From NCBI GenBank assembly GCA_973895155.1, contig OZ316899.1:6823241-6887240 (forward strand): DNA of 64,000 nt. The letters run 5' to 3'. The notes under the pieces are model-generated. The model made no database searches. It was not told the origin of the DNA and saw only the letters and a program-made list of their open reading frames with translations. Shown piece after piece: positions 12,670-21,775 of the stretch. The stretch's first letter is position 1. Each line of letters opens with the position of its first letter. The translations under genes and the position numbers were made by a program. This DNA is from Marsupella aquatica (lineage: Eukaryota; Plantae; Marchantiophyta).

Positions 12670-15600
12670 TTATGAGGTGGGCTTGATCGTGGACAATCTG
12701 CTCATGCCTATGCCTTCGAGGTGCGCTCTGTGCAATCCGGCTGGTAGTGGTTTCGTAAACATGTCTGCTCGATTGTCCTGAGATTTGATCCATGCAACAT
12801 TGATACTTTTCCCTTGTTGTTCTTGCGTGAAGAAATACTTGGGGTCAATATGCTTGGTCCTCTCGGTCTTCAGGATTCCGTTGGTTATCTGGTCGATACA
12901 CGCCTTATTGTCTTCGTAGATTGTGGTTGGCTCTGTTATCTGTGGTTTACCGGTGCTGGACCTAATATGATTGATAATGCTTCGTAGCCATACAGCTTCT
13001 CTGCACGCCTCGTATAACGCTATGATTTCCGAGTGGTTGGATGACGTTGTGGTCATCGTTTGCTTTGAACTTCGCCAAGATATTGCTGTCGTCCCCTGTA
13101 AGAACACGTACCCAGTCTGTGATTTGGAGTCCTGGGGGTCCGACAGGTAGCCGGCATCAGTGTAACCGGTAAGCGTATCGGGGCTATTCTTAGGAAAGAA
13201 TAGTCCAAGGTCGATCGTCCCTTGTAGGTATCTCATGATCCTCTTGATGCCGTTCCAATGCCTGATGGTGGGCTGTGCGCTGTGTCTCGCTAAGAGACTG
13301 ACGGCGAACGATATGTCAGGTCTCGTCTGGTTCGCTAGATACATAAGGGCGCCCACCGCTGATAGGTACGGTTTTTCTGATCCCAGTATGGGTTCGTCTT
13401 CTTGGCGCTTCCGAAACATATCTTTGATCGGGTCTAGAGATCTGAGTTCCATCGGGGTGGAGACAGGGTAGGATTTCTGCATGTTGAATTGATGAAGTAT
13501 CTTCTGCGTGTATGTCGATTGGTAAAGGAATATGCCTGTTTCTAAGTGTTCGATCTGCAGGCCTAGGCAGTGGTTGGGTCTTCCAAGGTCCTTCATCTCG
13601 AAGACTCCTTTCAGTGTATGTATTGTGTCTTTCATCATCTGTTTAGTCCCGAATAAGTTCACATCGTCCACGTACAGTGCTAGTATCAGGACTTCGTCCA
13701 TATGCTTTTTGATGAAGATGCAGGGGGCCAGTCCGCTATTTGTAAATCCGAGGGCGAGCATCTCTGTCTGGAATTTCTGATACCAGATTCTGCCGCTCTG
13801 TTTAAGTCCGTTGATGGAACGTAACACTTGGACTGTAAGTTTTGTTGTTAATTTCTTTCCTCTGGTATGCATTGCCTGTGTATTTCCACTTTGCATCAAG
13901 AGGGCCTTTGTATCCCCATCAGGTATTATTTGGCTGATGCCCTTTTTAATCTCTGTATTCAGGTTCTGGGACGTCTCCCCCTGAATGTGCTGCTTGACCC
14001 TCTCTATCAGTTCCGGGGGGGCATTCATGTATATCTCAGTATCGAGTGTGCCGTAAAGGTACGCGGTTACCACGTCCATAAGGTTATTAACCAGTTTATG
14101 GTGGACTGAATGTGCTGTGAGATAGCGATATGTAGTAGCGTCCATTACTGGTGAGTATGTTAAATCGTAGTCCCTGCCCGGGATTTGTGTGTAGCCTTTG
14201 GCTACTAGCCGGGCTCGATATCTTACTACTATGCCTTTCTCATTTCGTTTTTTCAAGAATGTAAATCGAGAGTCGGTGTAATGTGTACCTGGTAATGCCA
14301 TTTTAAATGGTCCGAATACTTGTCGCTTGATGAGGGCGTCCATCTCGGTATGTATTGCTGCTTGCCACTTTGGCCAATCTGGTTGTTTCTTTGCCTCGTT
14401 TATAGTGAGCGGATCAGGAATATCGTTGGTGATTTCCTGTATTACGTTATAGGCAAATTGTTCATCAATTTGGGTTGTCGGTCGTTTATATATGTTACCT
14501 GTTTGCATGTATGTGATTGACATTTCCTCGTTTTCTTCGCTCAGTGGGTCGTTTTGATTTATCGCTGTCACGTTAAGTGTGATCGCTGGTTCCAGCGCGG
14601 GTGTACCCAAGTTTGCTGCTGGAGTTTTACGTTGGCGAGGCTGGGAGTCCTTGATCCCTGGTGGTCTGCCTCGCTTTGCTCTGGGGGCTGTTACATTGGC
14701 CGGTGTCGAGGAGGTTTGTACTCGCGATGGCGCATTAGTTGCTAAGTTGTGGGATCTTGTGACATTTGCAGCGTCGTTAAATGAGTCTGGAATCTTTTCG
14801 AGCATTTCATGTAGGTGGAGAAGTCTTCTGACTTCTTCGTCTGCCTGCTTGGTTCTGGGGTCATTTCTGTTTTGGTCTGCTTTCCAATTTATGGGCATTT
14901 TCGTTGTGTCCTTGGATTGTGTTGATGCTGTATTCGTGAGCTGTGGGAATTGATCTTCATAAAAATGGCAGTCCTGATGTCTTGCCTTGAACAGGTCTGC
15001 CGTAGTCGGTTCAAGGTATCTAATGATCGAAGTAGAGTCAAACCCAACATAGATACCTGCATTCCGTTGGGGTCCGAGTTTTGTTCTCTTTGGTCCTAAG
15101 ATAGGCACCATTACCTGGCATCCGAAAATGCATAGGTGGGACAGGTCCGGTGGTATGCCGAACGCCAGGTGGTATGGTGTCTTAGAGTTATATGCTGACG
15201 GTCTATATTGGATTAGTGCAGCTGCGTGAAGGATGGCATGTCCCCATGCTGATGTGGGTAAGTTTGACTTCATTAACAGTGGTCTTGCCACCATTTGAAG
15301 TCTCTTAATAACCGACTCAGCTATACCGTTCTGAAAATGAACGTGGGGAACTGGATATTGAGTATCGATGCCCGCTGCCCAGCAAAAGTCGTCGAATGTT
15401 CTTGATGTGAACTCGCCAGCTCCATCTACTCTTAATCTTCTTGTAGGATACTCTGGGAACTGTGCTCTTAATTTAAGAATATGTGCTAAGATCCGCGCAA
15501 ATGCCAAGTTGCGGGTAGATAGCAATGAAATCTGCAGCCATTTAGTTGATGAGTCGATGATTACCAGGAAATATTTGAAAGGGCCGCTCAGGGGGTCTAT

Positions 15601-17397
15601 AGGTCCGCAGATATCTGCATTGATCTGCTCTAGGAACTGTGGTATTGAAAATATTGTTTTTGGTATTGATGGTCGTATGGTCATTTTTCCTTGTGAGCAC
15701 GCTATGCAGGCTGTTTTTACCTTTGGCTTGACTGTCTTGGGGATTCCTTTGGAGTCCCTTATAATCCTGTTGTACATAGTGGTACCCGGGTGGCCCAGTC
15801 GACAGTGCCAGATGTATGTCATATCCTCTGATTCTTGGTGTATATGGAATGTTTGGATACTGGTTGCGTATAGGCCTGGGGGGATCAATGCAAATGTTTC
15901 TTTAATGGATGGCTTACCCTGTATGTCTTGTATGATCTGTAATGTCTCTGTTTTGCCCTGAGTATTCGTGCGCAGTTGGAGGTTATTGGATCTGATATCC
16001 TGGAAGCTGATGAGGTTTCGGGTTGCTTTCGGGGCATAAATTGCTGACTTCACGGTGATTTTAGTTCCTCCTGGTAGTATAAATGTGGCTCGTCCTTTGC
16101 CTTCTTCTATATGATTAAGTCCTGCTATGGTGGTGATAGCGCGGGATGATGGGGTGATGGCCTCGAAATACTTGCTGTGTTTTAAGATAGTATGTGAGGT
16201 TCCGCTGTCGATGATGCCCGTATCGGGGTCGTCTAATGTCGGGTATTTCCAGTCAGTAAGAGAGGTATGTACTTCTATCTGTTCTTGTGTTTCTTCTCTC
16301 TGAGAGGCAATCAATTCTTCTTCTATCTCCATATAATGTCCTTGGGGGTTTTGTCTGGACTTATTTCTGTCGTTTATGTATCTGTGGGCCTCTTGTTCTG
16401 TGGCTGCACATGCGTTTCTAATGTGGCCAATTTTGCCACATCGGTAACACATTTTCTGGGAATTGTTTGCAGTGTCGTATTGGTTGCTTCGTCCTCTTCC
16501 TCTATTATTCATGGTGCCTCTGCGCCACGTGTTATTGGATCCGGAGGGTCGGTTATAAGGTTTGCCTTGTCCTCTGAATTGATTTCTCCCGCCCCTGAAT
16601 TGGTTTCTTCCGCCTCTGAATTGAGTTCGTCCGCCCCGGTAATTTCCTCGTTGTTTGTCTTCATAATTGGTGTAGTGGGTTTCAGGTCGATGTGGTGGGG
16701 GGTCTGATCCTGCTGGGCGCTTTCTGGCGTTTTGCAAGGCCACGATCTGTTGCTTCTCTTCCACAAGTAAGTGAGCAATCAGATCTGAGTACTTAGTGAA
16801 ACGCATGTTCCTATATTGTGTACCTAATGTGATATTAGATTCAGGGAATGTCGATAGTGTCTTATCGATTCTATCTATGTCATTTATTGGATGTCCACAC
16901 ATTTCTAATTGAGATGTAATTCTGCACAGTGCGCTATTGTAATTGGCAATTGTGGTGTGGTCCATGACGCGCAGGTTATGCCAATCCCTTCTTGCCTCTG
17001 GGAGCCATATCTCCCTCATATGATCAAATCGGGCTTTGAGGAGATCCCATAGTTTTCTTGGATTAATTTCGTTCATATACTCATTCTTTAGTTGAGGGGT
17101 TAGATGTTGCCTGAGTAGAAACGCTGCCTTAGCCTTTTGTTTGAGCGTGACATCGATGTCGGTATCTAAGGTGTCTTCAAGGTCTTGTGATGTAAAGTAA
17201 GTTTCGACATCTGTGATCCACGTCAAATAGTTGGATCCGTCGACTTTAAGTGCTGGCCATAATAATTTTTCGACTGTATTCATTATTCGGGATGTCAGTT
17301 GATTTAAGAACTTTGGTGAAGATTGAATCGAGTGAAGTATCTCGATTGTACAATTGACCGGTTGGAAGCTTGTATATGGAGCTGAGGGAGCTTGCAA
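12670..17397 (-). CDS. Copia Gag-Pol polyprotein (Gag, CCHC knuckle, protease, integrase, RT, RNase H); likely ATG start at 17283
   Basis: CYRCGKIGHIRNAC knuckle; IIDSGTSHT protease; WHCRLGHPG...CIAC and ADICGPI...RVDGAGEF...AE integrase; RARLVAKGYTQ, GLKQSGRIWY and LYVDD RT; GYTDAGY, YEDNKACI and RADMFTK RNase H. Confidence 0.97.
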   Translation of the reverse strand: MQAPSAPYTSFQPVNCTIEILHSIQSSPKFLNQLTSRIMNTVEKLLWPALKVDGSNYLTWITDVETYFTSQDLEDTLDTDIDVTLKQKAKAAFLLRQHLTPQLKNEYMNEINPRKLWDLLKARFDHMREIWLPEARRDWHNLRVMDHTTIANYNSALCRITSQLEMCGHPINDIDRIDKTLSTFPESNITLGTQYRNMRFTKYSDLIAHLLVEEKQQIVALQNARKRPAGSDPPPHRPETHYTNYEDKQRGNYRGGRTQFRGGRNQFRGGRNQFRGQGKPYNRPSGSNNTWRRGTMNNRGRGRSNQYDTANNSQKMCYRCGKIGHIRNACAATEQEAHRYINDRNKSRQNPQGHYMEIEEELIASQREETQEQIEVHTSLTDWKYPTLDDPDTGIIDSGTSHTILKHSKYFEAITPSSRAITTIAGLNHIEEGKGRATFILPGGTKITVKSAIYAPKATRNLISFQDIRSNNLQLRTNTQGKTETLQIIQDIQGKPSIKETFALIPPGLYATSIQTFHIHQESEDMTYIWHCRLGHPGTTMYNRIIRDSKGIPKTVKPKVKTACIACSQGKMTIRPSIPKTIFSIPQFLEQINADICGPIDPLSGPFKYFLVIIDSSTKWLQISLLSTRNLAFARILAHILKLRAQFPEYPTRRLRVDGAGEFTSRTFDDFCWAAGIDTQYPVPHVHFQNGIAESVIKRLQMVARPLLMKSNLPTSAWGHAILHAAALIQYRPSAYNSKTPYHLAFGIPPDLSHLCIFGCQVMVPILGPKRTKLGPQRNAGIYVGFDSTSIIRYLEPTTADLFKARHQDCHFYEDQFPQLTNTASTQSKDTTKMPINWKADQNRNDPRTKQADEEVRRLLHLHEMLEKIPDSFNDAANVTRSHNLATNAPSRVQTSSTPANVTAPRAKRGRPPGIKDSQPRQRKTPAANLGTPALEPAITLNVTAINQNDPLSEENEEMSITYMQTGNIYKRPTTQIDEQFAYNVIQEITNDIPDPLTINEAKKQPDWPKWQAAIHTEMDALIKRQVFGPFKMALPGTHYTDSRFTFLKKRNEKGIVVRYRARLVAKGYTQIPGRDYDLTYSPVMDATTYRYLTAHSVHHKLVNNLMDVVTAYLYGTLDTEIYMNAPPELIERVKQHIQGETSQNLNTEIKKGISQIIPDGDTKALLMQSGNTQAMHTRGKKLTTKLTVQVLRSINGLKQSGRIWYQKFQTEMLALGFTNSGLAPCIFIKKHMDEVLILALYVDDVNLFGTKQMMKDTIHTLKGVFEMKDLGRPNHCLGLQIEHLETGIFLYQSTYTQKILHQFNMQKSYPVSTPMELRSLDPIKDMFRKRQEDEPILGSEKPYLSAVGALMYLANQTRPDISFAVSLLARHSAQPTIRHWNGIKRIMRYLQGTIDLGLFFPKNSPDTLTGYTDAGYLSDPQDSKSQTGYVFLQGTTAISWRSSKQTMTTTSSNHSEIIALYEACREAVWLRSIINHIRSSTGKPQITEPTTIYEDNKACIDQITNGILKTERTKHIDPKYFFTQEQQGKSINVAWIKSQDNRADMFTKPLPAGLHRAHLEGIGMSRLSTIKPTS

Positions 17398-17629
17398 TCA
17401 TGCCAATAAAGTATTAGTCCTTTGGACTCTCGATATGCTGGTCCCGAATTGATGCTCTATGTGAAATTTCGTGTTTTGTAAAAAAAATTCAACTCTGAGG
17501 CAAAAGAATGGAGACCAAGAAAAAAAAACGGTTATGGCAGTTTCTAAAAAAAATGCCACTTTACGAGCATTCTCCTCGTGTAAAACTCGATTGCATCTGC
17601 TTGAAAAAAAATGATTTTTAGAGACTGGC

Positions 17630-17643
17630 TCGTGCTGATAACG
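17630..17643 (-). promoter_or_regulatory. Copia primer-binding site, half-tRNA (Ile anticodon-arm) type
   Basis: The minus strand reads CGTTATCAGCACGA directly after the 5' LTR, with no TGG. It is complementary to the tRNA-Ile anticodon arm UCGUGCU(I)AUAACG as I recall it. Confidence 0.7.
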
Positions 17644-17841
17644 TGTTGTAATAGACAACTAAAGGAACGCTCAAAGATACTCCAACAAGATAAGATCCAT
17701 TACTATTGATGAGGGGATATATATATCCCCTTGGTTACATGGTAGGCAAATGCCCTTATACTGGTCCTATGGTTAGGAGTTCTCATACTATGGTTAAGGG
17801 TTCTCGCCCTATGGTTAAGGGGTAAACTAGGGTTTACAACA
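17644..17841 (-). repeat. Copia 5' LTR
   Basis: Identical to 11968-12165. Confidence 0.97.
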
Positions 17842-18202
17842 GAAAATACATTTCTTGTATAGCTGTGTTCCGATGTTCACACAATCTACCAAAACATATG
17901 ACATGATACAGTGTAATAAATCATGCATAGACTTTCTACAACCACCAAAAAACAAACAAGAAAGGTTCCTGAATTGTGTACCTATTCTCAGGTCACACTG
18001 TAACAAAATTCCTAACTGTCTCAGGGTGTCACCTCCTTCGCTGTCCTCACTTATACTGCCTCAGTCTGCAATGGCCAACCAAGCACGTACATCCATGACC
18101 ATATCAGAGTCCAATCACCTATAGTCATAGACAAACGTGCTTGGCGTGAGGGCAGTATGAGATCTCCTCACGTTATTACCAGAGTTCATCTGGATACCCA
18201 CC

Positions 18203-18778
18203 CTATTCTCGATGGTAGTCACACCTGAGGTACACTGGCATGTATATCAGGTCATCAAAGAGTATGCCCTGGGCATACCAGGGTGGGGTTCGATCTGTGC
18301 CTCCAAGAAGTGGTTCTAATGCCCTCCACTGGGGGGAGCTAGCTACCAAGTCCCTCCATTGTGTGCTAATTAGTCTATATTTGCAAATGTCTTGTGCATT
18401 TGACCACAGAAGAATTCTGGGCCACACATCTGACAGCATTATATCATCTGGCAAACCAGGCAACAAGGAAATCCCCACAACATTATGCTCTTCTATTTCA
18501 TCTGCTGAAAAATAAGATTCATCGTCTCTTGCATCCTCAGGCGGTGCCAAAATATGTTTCAACACCAACCCATGCAGGAGAGTCCAAACAGTGGCCAGCC
18601 ATGTGGCAACCCACAGGAGGAACCTACATAGCGCCTGGTGATGTAGGAAAGGCAACATACCCACCAAAGTCTGCCGCCAAGATTTGAGCCCACCCCCAGT
18701 AAGTTTACAGTGACACCCCCAGGCAGCAGGAAACAACAATCCGCCAACAGTAAAATAAGTCCAACTGCAACCAACCAT
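18203..18778 (-). CDS. CACTA cargo: F-box-like protein with N-terminal hydrophobic segment(s); C-terminus probably decayed
   Basis: LLPGLPDDIMLSDVWPRI...CKYRLISTQWRDLV matches the plant F-box pattern (LPGLPDD...R.VS..W..LV). The hydrophobic stretch FLLWVATWLATVWTLLHGLVL lies upstream. Confidence 0.65.
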   Translation of the reverse strand: MVGCSWTYFTVGGLLFPAAWGCHCKLTGGGLKSWRQTLVGMLPFLHHQALCRFLLWVATWLATVWTLLHGLVLKHILAPPEDARDDESYFSADEIEEHNVVGISLLPGLPDDIMLSDVWPRILLWSNAQDICKYRLISTQWRDLVASSPQWRALEPLLGGTDRTPPWYAQGILFDDLIYMPVYLRCDYHRE

Positions 18779-18869
18779 AACAAGCTACGTTAGTTCAAAT
18801 ATCACATTTATTTAAAAGATGTGATTTGTACAAAAAGCTTGTCTCAAAACTGATGCTACTATGTACTCC

Positions 18870-19742
18870 TCACTCTGATTCAGAATCGCTAATAACCCCT
18901 TCCTCACTTGTTGTCACATAGTTTTCACTATGAGGATCCTGACCCTTCCGTGGCCAGGCCTCAAAAAGATCATAGTCCATTGGGTTTTGACGCTTCCCAG
19001 CTGCTACTGATTCCACAAGCCAAGCATATGAAACCACAAACACATTATGGGACATGACATAAAAGTGAATGTCACCCTTCCCAAACTTGCGGCAGGCTTT
19101 GGGATATGACTTAGTAATGACATGAGTGGTGTCCTCTGTTATATTCTCCTCCACTGTCCCACCTAGGTCAAGCACTATGGACTTGTACACTTTGCACTTA
19201 ACCTCTCCAATTCCCGCCTCCACAAAGACCATGCTCAGCCCTTTCAGAATGGGGGTTGGTTGCTTCATCTCCTCAGCCAACATACTCTTCAGCCTTCTTG
19301 AGCTTTGTCCTTTGTTGAGTACAGGTCCATATTGGACATCAGCAAGCCGTGCCTTTGCTTCCCAGACTTCTTGTTCAGCCCAAGCTGATGCAGTAGCTTC
19401 TTCATCCTCCCACAGTTCATATTGCTCAGTATCCTGTACAATCTGATGTGCTATGGAATCTGTGATCCAAGAGGCCTCAACTACTTTTAGGCCTCGCTCA
19501 GTAATTGCAGAATTCATGTAGGACCATGACCACTTCTTTATCACTGATAGCCATGTCCCTGCAACAACATGTGTAGTCTCTGGAGTGATGTCCTGCACTA
19601 CAGTGCCATGGAGCTCAGAGAATCGTTTCTATACAGTTGGCCAATGCACTTTGGTCAACCCATGCTGGCCATGGACCAAAATGGCTCTGACCCCTGTAAA
19701 CACTGCTGGGTGGTCACACTTTCTACGTTTCCCAGGCTCCAT
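18870..19742 (-). pseudogene. CACTA cargo: tandem BRCT-domain protein (Pol-lambda-like BRCT) with one in-frame TAG at 19629-19631
   Basis: From ATG 19742: MEPGKRRKCDHPAVFTGVRAILV...V*KRFSELHGTVVQDITPETTHVV...VVEASWITDS. Second repeat: LKGLSMVFVEAGI...LGGTVEENITEDTTHVI...VVSYAWLVESVAAGKRQNPMDY. The BRCT GG, THV and W..(D/E)S hallmarks are present. Confidence 0.85.
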
Positions 19743-20328
19743 GTACACACACCCTACGTTATCAGAGTGAATATTGGAAGAATGGGTTCACCTGCCAATA
19801 GAAGGACACCAAAATTCCTGCTTTTTAAGTTGATCTGGTCCACTGTTGCTCAAGTCCAATTTTGATAGGTACAGGGGATATGTGAACAATAAGTACTAGA
19901 CACCTGCACCGATGTAGGACATTGTTTGAGTATATACTAGGAAATCCATATCAAAGGTGAAATGAAGTGCAACCAACTTGTCATGGCCGCACATACATAT
20001 TTTGTTGTAAAGGAGGATACATTCAATGACAAACTTATAGGGCAATTTGATTAATTGCATGCCTGATACTTACAACTTTGAAGTCCTGTTTTAATTTAGC
20101 AGTCTGATGAGAGTGTTTGTGAAAATGACCACTCAGTCTAAATACTTCCAAGAAGGCTTGTAAGGATAAGTTTTTATAGGCATGTACCTAGCCAATAACG
20201 CTAGGGCACAGGATAAGTGCTCCCTATATAAACTCGCCTACCCAACTCCTGTTCAAAATTGGAATCTCTGCAATCTCCAAAAACAGTACATCCACATTAG
20301 GTGTCCTATGCATGTACAATGTTCAGCT

Positions 20329-21009
20329 TCACAGCCAAGATATGTGATCTCTCACAGGAGTGCGCGAGGTAGGATCAATGGCATGGCGATGACAATAAAA
20401 TATCCATCGATCAACACCATGTGCAGAGTGATCATAGATTTCTCTGTCACAAGCATAACCCTGTGCTTGAAAATCTTTCAAGCAATGATAGTGCCACATA
20501 GTGGGACACCTAGCACAGTGGACTATGTCAGCCCAGTACTCATCATCATGCTCACCACATGCCTTGCACCTATGAAGTGGGCAAGCTGTGGCATGAGCAG
20601 GCAAACACTCAAAACAGAAAAACCTCACACAAAAACGGTCTGGACATTTCCTAACATCCGGTGCAGCATCAATAGAGCCCTCATAGGACCCCAACTTCCC
20701 ACATTGTGCACACTTAGCCTGCTTCTCCAAACAATCAGTGCACATCTAGTCTCCCTGGTGTGTTGACAGGAGGCCCACCCCTGGACAGTTGTTTTCTGCA
20801 GCAAGGTGAGACTCTGGGTTGAGGTGGAAATGCCTCATGCAAGGGCCCTCACAGATGACCAAGCTCCCACCATCGTCACAAATGGCACAACAATGAGCTG
20901 CCTTCTGGAAAATCTGACTTGCAGAGAAGTTAGTAACATGTGGCCCAGGTACACCTGTGTTGCTCACCTCTATCACACGCTTTTTTGTTGGAATTTTGGG
21001 GCGTGCCAT
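20329..21009 (-). pseudogene. CACTA cargo: EDM2-like tandem PHD-finger cassette with one in-frame TAG at 20746-20748
   Basis: Read through the stop: MARPKIPTKKR...CAICDDGGSLVICEGPCMRHFH...*MCTDC...CAQCGKLGS...CPLHRCKAC...CARCPTMWHYHCL...IFYCHRHAIDPTSRTPVRDHISW. This is co-linear with the EDM2 PHD region as I recall it (CAICDNGG..CCEG.CLRSFH ... CPLHKC..C ... CRRCPKSYHRKCL ... IYC..HEID..L.TPVRDH). Confidence 0.85.
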
Positions 21010-21775
21010 ACCTACGCATGAGACAGACAGTACAATTAAGTAGATGGTACAGGCAATACATTTTGGCAGACTGTACAGACAATGTATTTTAGCAAACTTC
21101 ACAGAAAGTAAAATTTAGCATTTAAGGTACAAAGGCATTAACTACTGCAATGAATTGCAATGCCCACACAAGGATGCAGAGCAGACATACTTTTGGTTTG
21201 TTGAGCCCACACACAAAATTGAACCCCTAGTACAATTGCTCCACCAACACCTCAAATTCGTGGATGTGATTCACCAAAAGAGATCTGCAACAACATTTCA
21301 TGCATTTGAATCACATACAATAGTCATCACATGAAAAATAGGCATTTTTCCAACAAGATTGGGATCAAGCAGTGTGATGAGGGTTGTACTTTATACATCC
21401 TATATAGGCTATGATAGTGAGACAAATAAGTCATACGTGTAAGGGATGTGTCATACGTGTTAGGGATGTTTGCAGGTTATCGCATGGCCCATTAATTCTG
21501 TCATAGAATGTTACAATGTTGGTCAAGTTAAAGTAGACATTAAAGCAGTCTTTGAATGGAGAATTTAAAGAGAGCTTGCTTAATTCTTACATTAGAATAT
21601 TCCACTTAGTGCACCCAAAATAGGATAAGTTATATACTCTGGACCCTAAACACTTTACCCAAAATTGCTCATACTTCAAAATTTTAAATTAATATCCTTG
21701 GTGCTTAAGTCAGAGCATTAAGTGTGAGGTCATTCCACTATGGTCTGTGCATACGGGGTGACAAACTGTGCTCCT

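Larger units (their letters stand above)
11968..17841 (-). mobile_element. Intact, very recent Ty1/Copia LTR retrotransposon, Bianca-like
   Basis: Identical 198-bp TG...CA LTRs (11968-12165, 17644-17841); TSD GAAAA (11963-11967, 17842-17846); PPT at 12166-12174; one uninterrupted polyprotein ORF. Confidence 0.97.

Noticed and set aside
12398-12793. Extra 3' ORF (env-like) in the Copia
   Set aside because: It overlaps the pol end in another frame, has low-complexity composition, and shows no transmembrane segment or known motif.
13235-16707. Plus-strand ORFs opposite the Copia polyprotein (and similar ones opposite the Gypsy and LINE genes)
   Set aside because: Antisense shadows of real coding frames.
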